NCBI GenBank assembly: GCA_012295275.1
Contig: CM022675.1
Coordinates: forward strand, 9,858,001-9,922,000
Direction of reading: 5' to 3'
DNA: 64,000 nt
DNA from: Chrysomallon squamiferum
Lineage: Eukaryota > Animalia > Mollusca
Part shown: one piece after another, positions 56,802-64,000 of the stretch
Position numbering within the stretch: position 1 is the stretch's first letter
Layout: each line of letters starts with the position of its first letter
The notes under the pieces: generated by a model
Seen by the model: the letters and a program-made list of their open reading frames with translations, nothing else
What the model was told of the DNA's origin: nothing
The model's database searches: none
Program-made: the position numbers and the translations under genes

Positions 56802-57421
56802 TGTGTGTGTGTGTGTGAGTTTATAAATAATATATATAGTAGTTATAGTATTGCCATTAATAGTATTGCCGTTATTGTTATTGTTATTATTATTATTATC
56901 ATTATTATTATTCATTGTAGTAGTAGTATATATATATACATACGTGCATACACACCTATACATAGATACACACGAACAGACATACTTTCACACACATATG
57001 CATACATTTTGTATTCATCCATCTGTCTATCCATGCACATGTACACAAAGAGATACACAGACAGCTATCATTAATCATATCTACAAATAATACAACAAAA
57101 CAATTATATAATTATGTTATCATAATAACATTCCATTTTGTATTGAGAAATATTCTACACTTTGTTTTTTCTCACTGCACCTATCATCGCAGCATCCCAG
57201 CAAAATGTTCTTTATTTTTACCCTGTGACATTTTCTGCATGCTTTTCATTTCACTGTGTACATGTGTTTCTGGTTTGCCTGACATGGGAATATGCACCTT
57301 GTCACGAACCACATCTCACCATGTTACAACAACTCTAGGCAGACTGAGTCTGATGTTATGTGTTAATGATGTGACTGATATGATTAGGTGTATGTTGCTT
57401 TTTTTGTTTAGTTTTTCTGTT

Positions 57422-57475
<54 letters not shown>

Positions 57476-57499
57476 TGTGAATGTATATGTATGTGTGTG

Positions 57500-57552
<53 letters not shown>

Positions 57553-58887
57553 TATTTTATAATCATTATTATTATTATTAAATTTTCAGTTTGACCTTTT
57601 GATTTTATCTGCATTTTACTTCAGCCAACAATCCCTTTATTTGTCATTCTGGCCTTTCTTCAACATTTATCTTTCATTCTTTATTCCTTCTGTCCATCCA
57701 TTCATGTGTTCACATATCATTTCATTCATATATTCATCCACCCATTTCTTTGTCCATCTGTTAATCAGACTGTTTGTCCATCTATGACAGCCTGCTTAGC
57801 AATGAAACAGTGATATTTTATTTTGATGATGTTGTCTGGCCATCTCTGTTGGTGGTATTAAAAAAGATAATAGGATTATAATAATAATTATTTAACAATT
57901 TTTCACAGACACAAAACAATAACAGAAGCACATCTAGCTGCTAATTAAGATAATTTCATTTTCTGACCTCTGACCCTCCAGTCTTTCTATTTTTATGAGG
58001 GGGGAAGTCTTGCTGTTGGGTGGTATGTGTCATCCGAACTGAAACATTGTCACTGATTTCCCAATACTGTTTTCCTGTTAACAGTCTCTGTTTTGACAGC
58101 CGCTCTCTCAAACAAACTTTGGCATGTGAGTTTTGGTTTAAGAGAGATACACAGACCAATTCTTCTCTGTGTATGTTCATTTGAGTATTTTGTTTACTGA
58201 AGCCTATTTGTGATCTGTGGGTGGGATTGGGAAAAAAAACTGTTAACATGGATGTTAGTTGAAGTATGCCTTTTCTGGACATATTGATTGGAAAATATTA
58301 GCAAACTGAACAGTTTCAAATTATAATAATAATGATGATAATGGTATTACTAGTTCCACTGTTACTATTGCTGCTGATACTACTACAATGAATAATAGTA
58401 ATAATATTACTACTACTAATAATAGTAATAATATTACTACTAATAATAACAGTAATAGTGATAATGATATTAATAACAACAATTAAATAAATAATAGTAA
58501 TAAATAATCATAATTATATTATTAATAAATAAATAAATAAAGATGATAAGTTCATCCTTAAACAGGCCTCATTTAAACAATCAAATAAATAAAACAAAAA
58601 TAATCCTTTCCATCCCACCCTGAAGCAATCACCCCCCAGCAAGAGATGCAATTTAAGTGTGTAAATATTATGTAAAAACAGTGGCACAGTTTAAACCAAG
58701 GCAGGAGTAATCCTGTTCGAATAGGAACCAAAGCCATCACCTGAAGCCATTCAGACTGTTTAGGTGGCTGATGAATTAGGGTATTTAAAAGTATCAATGG
58801 CTTTGTGACCATCACCACCTGGAGTGAGACAGGAACTTGGCTTAGTGTTGTTCTTGACTTGGTAGGTGTTGATGCTGTATTTCCACA

Positions 58888-59188
58888 TTCTGAATGCTAG
58901 GGGTTCTGCCGAATGTTATCAATTTCACTGAATGCTGAAGGTTCATTTGTGAGTGCTGTAGATTTTATGGGTTTTGCTGAATGCTGAAGGTTCTCAGGGT
59001 TTTGGTGAAAAACAGATAATTCTGCAAATGCTTTGAATGCTACGGGCTTTTCTATGAATGCTTGATGTTTTAATGGCTTTGCTCAGTGCTATATATTCTA
59101 AATGCTCTGGGTTATATTGTGAATGCTATGAGTATTGCTGCCTACTGTGAATGTAACTGGCTTTGCAGTGTACTATGAATGTTATAGA
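58888..59188. repeat. Degenerate ~19-20-bp minisatellite (CTGAATGCTACAGGTTTTG-like)
   Basis: Repeated TGAATGCT with GGTTTTGC or GGTTC linkers; directly abuts the 23-bp array. Confidence 0.7.
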
Positions 59189-59193
59189 TATAA

Positions 59194-59538
59194 TATAGAT
59201 ACTGCTGCAGATACATTATAGATACTGCTGTAGGTACATTATAGATAGAGCTGTAGGTATAGTATAGAAACTGATTTAGGTACACAAGATACTGCTATAG
59301 GTATGCTATAGATATAGCTATAGGTACAGCATAGACACAGGTACATAGGTACATTATATATACTGCTGCAGGTACACTATAGATACTGCTGCAGGTACAC
59401 TATAGATACTGCTATAGATACATAATAGATATTGCTATTGGTACCCTGTAGATATTGCTGTAGATACATTATAGATACTGATGTAGGTACATTATAGATA
59501 CTGTTGAAGGTACACTATAGATACAGCTGTAGGCATAT
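59194..59538. repeat. 23-bp minisatellite, ~15 copies
   Basis: Unit TATAGATACTGCTGTAGGTACA(T/C), itself built from two related 12- and 11-bp halves. Confidence 0.9.
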
Positions 59539-61966
59539 TGCTGATGTAGGTAAGAAGGCTAACAGCATTGTTCTAACATGTCAAACAGTAATTACAAAAC
59601 AACCTGAGAAAACAGACTGAGATTTTTCATTCCCAGTCACAAGTGATTGATTTAAATCCTCTGCATGAAATGTCTACGTGAGTGTTTTTTTCTTCTACTT
59701 CTTCTTCCTCTTCTTCTTCTTCTTCTTCATTTGTCAGTGACAAGGTACAAATTAAGTGCATTGTCTGCATGAAGAGCCAACCGAGGTGTCATGGTGTGGG
59801 TTGCGGTGTAGCTGTTGCTGATAGTAAATTATCACTGCAGTAGTTGTGAAGCTCCATAAGATCAATTTAAAGTTAAAGAAAAGAATGGAAAGGAATTTTT
59901 GGAAAAAAGGGGGATAACTGAGAACAGATGAATTAATCTTGTATTGTGGGTTTGTCAGATGTCACTGGTGTCAGTGGATAGACGGATGGATGGATGGATG
60001 GATGGATGGATGGATGGATGGATGGGAGGATGAATGGATGGATGAATGGATGGGAAGATGAATGATGGATAGAAGAACAGATGGTTAGATAGATGGATAA
60101 ATATGATATTTTGATGAATAAATGGATGGAAGGATGGATGGATGGATGGATGGATAAATGGATGAGTAAATGATGGAATGGAAGAATAAAGAATGGTCTG
60201 GGTGTTGGTAGATGGATGAACAAATGAACAAATGCACAGATGACTGATTCACTGCACTGATAGGTGAATAAACCATAAAACGTTAAAAAAAATATAACAA
60301 AAAAATTACTGTTTTGAAAAAAGATAATTATAATAATTTTTATATTTATAAAAAAAAAATGTTCTCCTTTTTAAAAAAGAATATAACTTTACACCAATAT
60401 CAGAATTTCATATCTGTGTGTGGCCATTTTGATTTATTTTCATTAAGTGGTGCAAAATAATTATTTTAATTTTTTTTCTTTTGAAATGTAATGTAAGCAT
60501 TAAAAAAATAACACAAGCAATGAAATAGATTCAATTATAAATATAAAAATAAAAATTACTGTTTGATTAGATCAAGTAGAAAACAGGTAAAAACAAAATC
60601 ATAAATAAATAAATATACATACTGCTACAATAACTTTTACAACAAAAACAATAAGTACTTCTAGTATTACAACAGCAACTACCACAACAAGAATTACTAC
60701 TATTACAACAATTACTACTACTTCTACAAATGTTATCAACAACAGTTACTATTGCTTTACTGTTTTTACTACTAATATTAATACTACTACAACTACTATC
60801 ACTACTACTACTGTTATTACAAATACAGTAACTACTACTAGTGTTCCAACAACTACTACTACCACTACCACTACTACTACTACTATTACTACTTCTACTA
60901 CTACTACTACTACTACTACAACTACTACTGCTACCACTACAACTATTATTATTACTACTACTGTTACTGCTATTACTGCTATTACTGCTACTACTACTAC
61001 ATGTACCACTTCTACTTTGACCACTACAATGCTACTGTTACTAATAAATAAATAAATAAATAATAACAACAACTATTAACAACAATAACAAAAACAAAAC
61101 AAAAAACACTGTTAATAAATAAATACATAAAGAAGCAACCACAATGGTAGAAACAATAACCCTGAAGCTTGAAGGTCATTCAGTGACCACTGACCACTGG
61201 GGAAAAAAAGAGAAAAAAAATTAAAAAAGATGATGATCATGAAAGAAACACCAAAATAACCACCAGGCCATAGATAAGTTTGTGCCGAGGGGGGACATGG
61301 TTACAAAAAAAGATCATTGTTTATGGCAGAATTTCAAGATAAAATCTCTTTTCAGAGATAGGAAAATATTCCTGAAAACAAGCACACATGTTAAAAAGGA
61401 AATAAAAACAGAAATAAAGATAAAAAAAAAAAAAAAGAAAAAGAAAAAATGTGTATAAAAAAAGAAAGAATGAAAGGAAATAAGAATGAATATATTAGGA
61501 AGATCTGTGTTAAAAATAAATGCATACAAAAGAGAAAACTGAAATGTTGATGTCTTTGTTACATATCAGTTGCAGATTGCATTGTGTAACCTCTACAACT
61601 GCTACAGCTACTATAGCTACCATTGCATTTAAAATACAATAATTGTAACTGTTATTACTACTATTGTTACTATAACTACTACTACTACTACAGTTTCTAG
61701 AATTACTAATACTACTAGTGATGATGATTCTAAACTACTTTTATTACCACAACAAATACTACCACTATTAGTACTACTACTACCACCACTATTAATACTA
61801 CTACTAACACTGTTACTACTGCAACTACCACTACAATTAATAGTTGAATATTTTACAGTTATTTTAAAAACAAGTAAATAAACAAATAAATATATTCCTA
61901 AATTTTAAAAATCAAATACAAATTTCTGAAATTATTTATCTAAAAACATACACACAAATAATTCAT

Positions 61967-62132
61967 TATGGGTTTTGCTGAACACTGTAAGTTTTCTGTG
62001 AATGTTTTGAATTGAACAGGTTTTGCTAAATGTTCTGAACTTTACTGAATGCTACAGGTTCAGTTATGAATGCTAGAGGATCTACAGATTTTGCTGAATG
62101 CTACTAGTTTTTCTGAGAATGCTAGATTTGCT
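61967..62132. repeat. Second array of the same ~19-20-bp TGAATGCT family
   Basis: TATGGGTTTTGCTGAA, CTGAATGCTACAGGTT and TTTTGCTGAATGCTA, in the same orientation as 58888-59188. Confidence 0.7.
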
Positions 62133-62919
62133 ATAGTATCTCCAGTACATTTTACAAAAGCTGTAAATTGAAATAAAAAAAATTCAGAATTAATTAAAAT
62201 ATGATCTTCAAAACATACCAACATGCTTACAGACAAAAAGACAACAGAGTAATTTTTACATGCCTCAATAATAAATAAATAAATAAATAAATAAATGAAA
62301 TAAATGAAATAAAATGAAATAAAATAAAATGAAATAAAATGAAATAAAATGAAATAAAATGAAATAAAATAAAATAAAATAAAATAAAAATGTCATTTTT
62401 ATAATTCAGCTCCTACATTAATTTTTTTTTTATTTGTTTATTTCCCTTTAATTCCCCTGCCAGGTAAATGTGTCATGAGGTAATAATCATCTGAATGATT
62501 AATCATCTACCTTGCATGCTTCACAATGGCTGTCAACAGCTACAACAACACCAGGCAACAAATACAATCACTTACTGTCTAGACCTCCAACAGAATACAG
62601 AAAATTAATATGCTACTACTACTACTACAACTACTACTACTACTACTAGTACTACTACTATTAGTACTACTACTATTACTACTACCAATAATAATATAAT
62701 AACTTCCAACATTTTAACTACAGGTATACCTATGCTTAACAAATGTATATAAAAAAATATATATATATATAAATATCCATTATTATGCATTAGGTAGAAC
62801 AGATAAAATTAGACTGAATGAAATGAAAAGCACTGTAAAAGTGTCAGAACAGGAAATTAGTGTGAATCGGTTAGACTGGGAAATACTGATTTACGTTTCT
62901 TTCTTTTCTTTTCTTACAG

Positions 62920-62978
62920 ACTGTAAACTGTGCATTTGGATTTAACTTATTAAGCTATGTTTCAATCAGACACAGAGA
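62920..62978 (+). other. 5' UTR part of the same exon, preceded by a strong splice acceptor
   Basis: Branch-like TACTGAT (62884-90), tract TTTCTTTCTTTTCTTTTCTTA, CAG ending at 62919. This implies at least one upstream non-coding exon. Confidence 0.75.
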
Positions 62979-63093
62979 ATGCATAGAGGAATATACTTCT
63001 GGCTTCTAGCTGTACTGGCTGTCAGCGCCATCTCTGGCAGATATGAGGAAGAGGAGATAATTCCATCAGACTTTAGATATACAAGTTATGAAG
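62979..63093 (+). CDS. First coding exon (partial CDS) of a secreted or cell-surface protein with an N-terminal signal peptide; family not recognised
   Basis: ATG 62979 reads MHRGIYFWLLAVLAVSAISG-RYEEEEIIPSDFRYTSYE plus 1 nt: basic n-region, hydrophobic h-region, small residues at the likely cleavage site. Ends at the consensus donor AAG|GTAAGT (GT 63094-95, phase 1). An in-frame TAA at 62943-45 upstream supports this ATG as the start. Confidence 0.8.
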
Positions 63094-63295
63094 GTAAGTG
63101 TTTTATAATAAATTTTTAAATTTTATTTGTTTAAAAATTACACTTTTTTTTTAAAATTTATTTTACTTTTTTTTTTTTTTAGTTTAATTTAATTTTTTTT
63201 TTATTTTTGAAATCTATTTTTAACTCTTTATTATTGTCATAATTTTTATCATTTCATTATTATTATTATTATTCTTATTAATTTTTTTTTTTATT

Positions 63296-63375
63296 TGATA
63301 TAATATTTTATGGTTAATTCTATAAAGAGTTGATAATAAAGGAAATGACCATAGTAAATATAATGACCAGTTTTA

Positions 63376-63410
<35 letters not shown>

Positions 63411-63474
63411 AAATTTATACTTTATTTTTGAAATTTTTAAAATTTTATATATACATCTTTACCTATTATTATCG

Positions 63475-63516
<42 letters not shown>

Positions 63517-63657
63517 TTAATTCTATTATTTTCTTAATTGTATTTATCATTATCTGTATCAGTGTTTATTTTATTTAAAATTTAGTCATTATATTTACTA
63601 TGGTCATTTTATTTATAATCAGCTTTTAAGTGAATTCACCCATAATTTAATATGTCA
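63296..63657. repeat. Imperfect inverted repeat, ~85-bp arms (63296-63380 and 63571-63657), 190-bp AT/SSR spacer
   Basis: A perfect 25-bp core AAATGACCATAGTAAATATAATGAC (63343-63367) is reverse-complemented at 63585-63609; similarity continues on both sides. Confidence 0.9.
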
Positions 63658-64000
63658 GTCAAAACCACCTCTTTACATAAATATTTTACATATATACTCA
63701 GAAATCACTATTACATTAATAACATTCTTGAACAATTATTCATCAGTTTATTAGTAATTTTTACAACATGTCATATTTGAATAAACAAATGGTCATCAAA
63801 ATATTAATTTCTAAACCACACCAAAAAGTCACACTCAAAGTTTCTGTTATTTTAAAGATTAAAAATGCAGACAGTCAGAAATAAGTAAACAGAACTGCTG
63901 TGTGAGACCATCTTCCTTCATTCAGCTTTGTCAGAGTTTTATTGTCATAAGGATTAGTCTATGAACAGAGTAAATAAAAGCTAGTGTACTGGTATTGATA

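Overview
Eukaryotic, very AT-rich, CpG-poor DNA with extreme microsatellite density: (CA)n, (CATA)n, (AAT)n, (CT)n, (ATCC)n and (ACT)n tracts alternate with unique islands of a few hundred bp. This looks like an invertebrate animal genome such as a coleoid cephalopod, or possibly a penaeid shrimp. That assignment is an inference from composition only. Nearly all ORFs in the supplied track are translated simple repeats. The one convincing coding feature is missing from the track: a + strand exon (62920-63093) with textbook splice sites that starts a signal-peptide protein (MHRGIYFWLLAVLAVSAISGRYEEEEIIPSDFRYTSYE...). It has a splice acceptor upstream of its ATG, so part or most of the window is probably 5' intron/regulatory DNA of that gene. 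The window also holds a complete 680-bp pogo/Tigger-like MITE, many minisatellites at different stages of decay, tRNA/SINE-like B-box remnants, an ~85-bp-arm inverted repeat just inside the downstream intron, a near-consensus CTCF site, about a dozen RFX X-box-like palindromes, and homotypic clusters of CAGGTR, GATA and TGACCA motifs. The most testable hypotheses are (i) a + strand ladder of polypyrimidine-AG|GT sites (recursive splicing or micro/UTR exons) leading to the coding exon, and (ii) tandem amplification and decay as the source of homotypic motif islands. I cannot show a new biological system from sequence alone; all counts are by eye.
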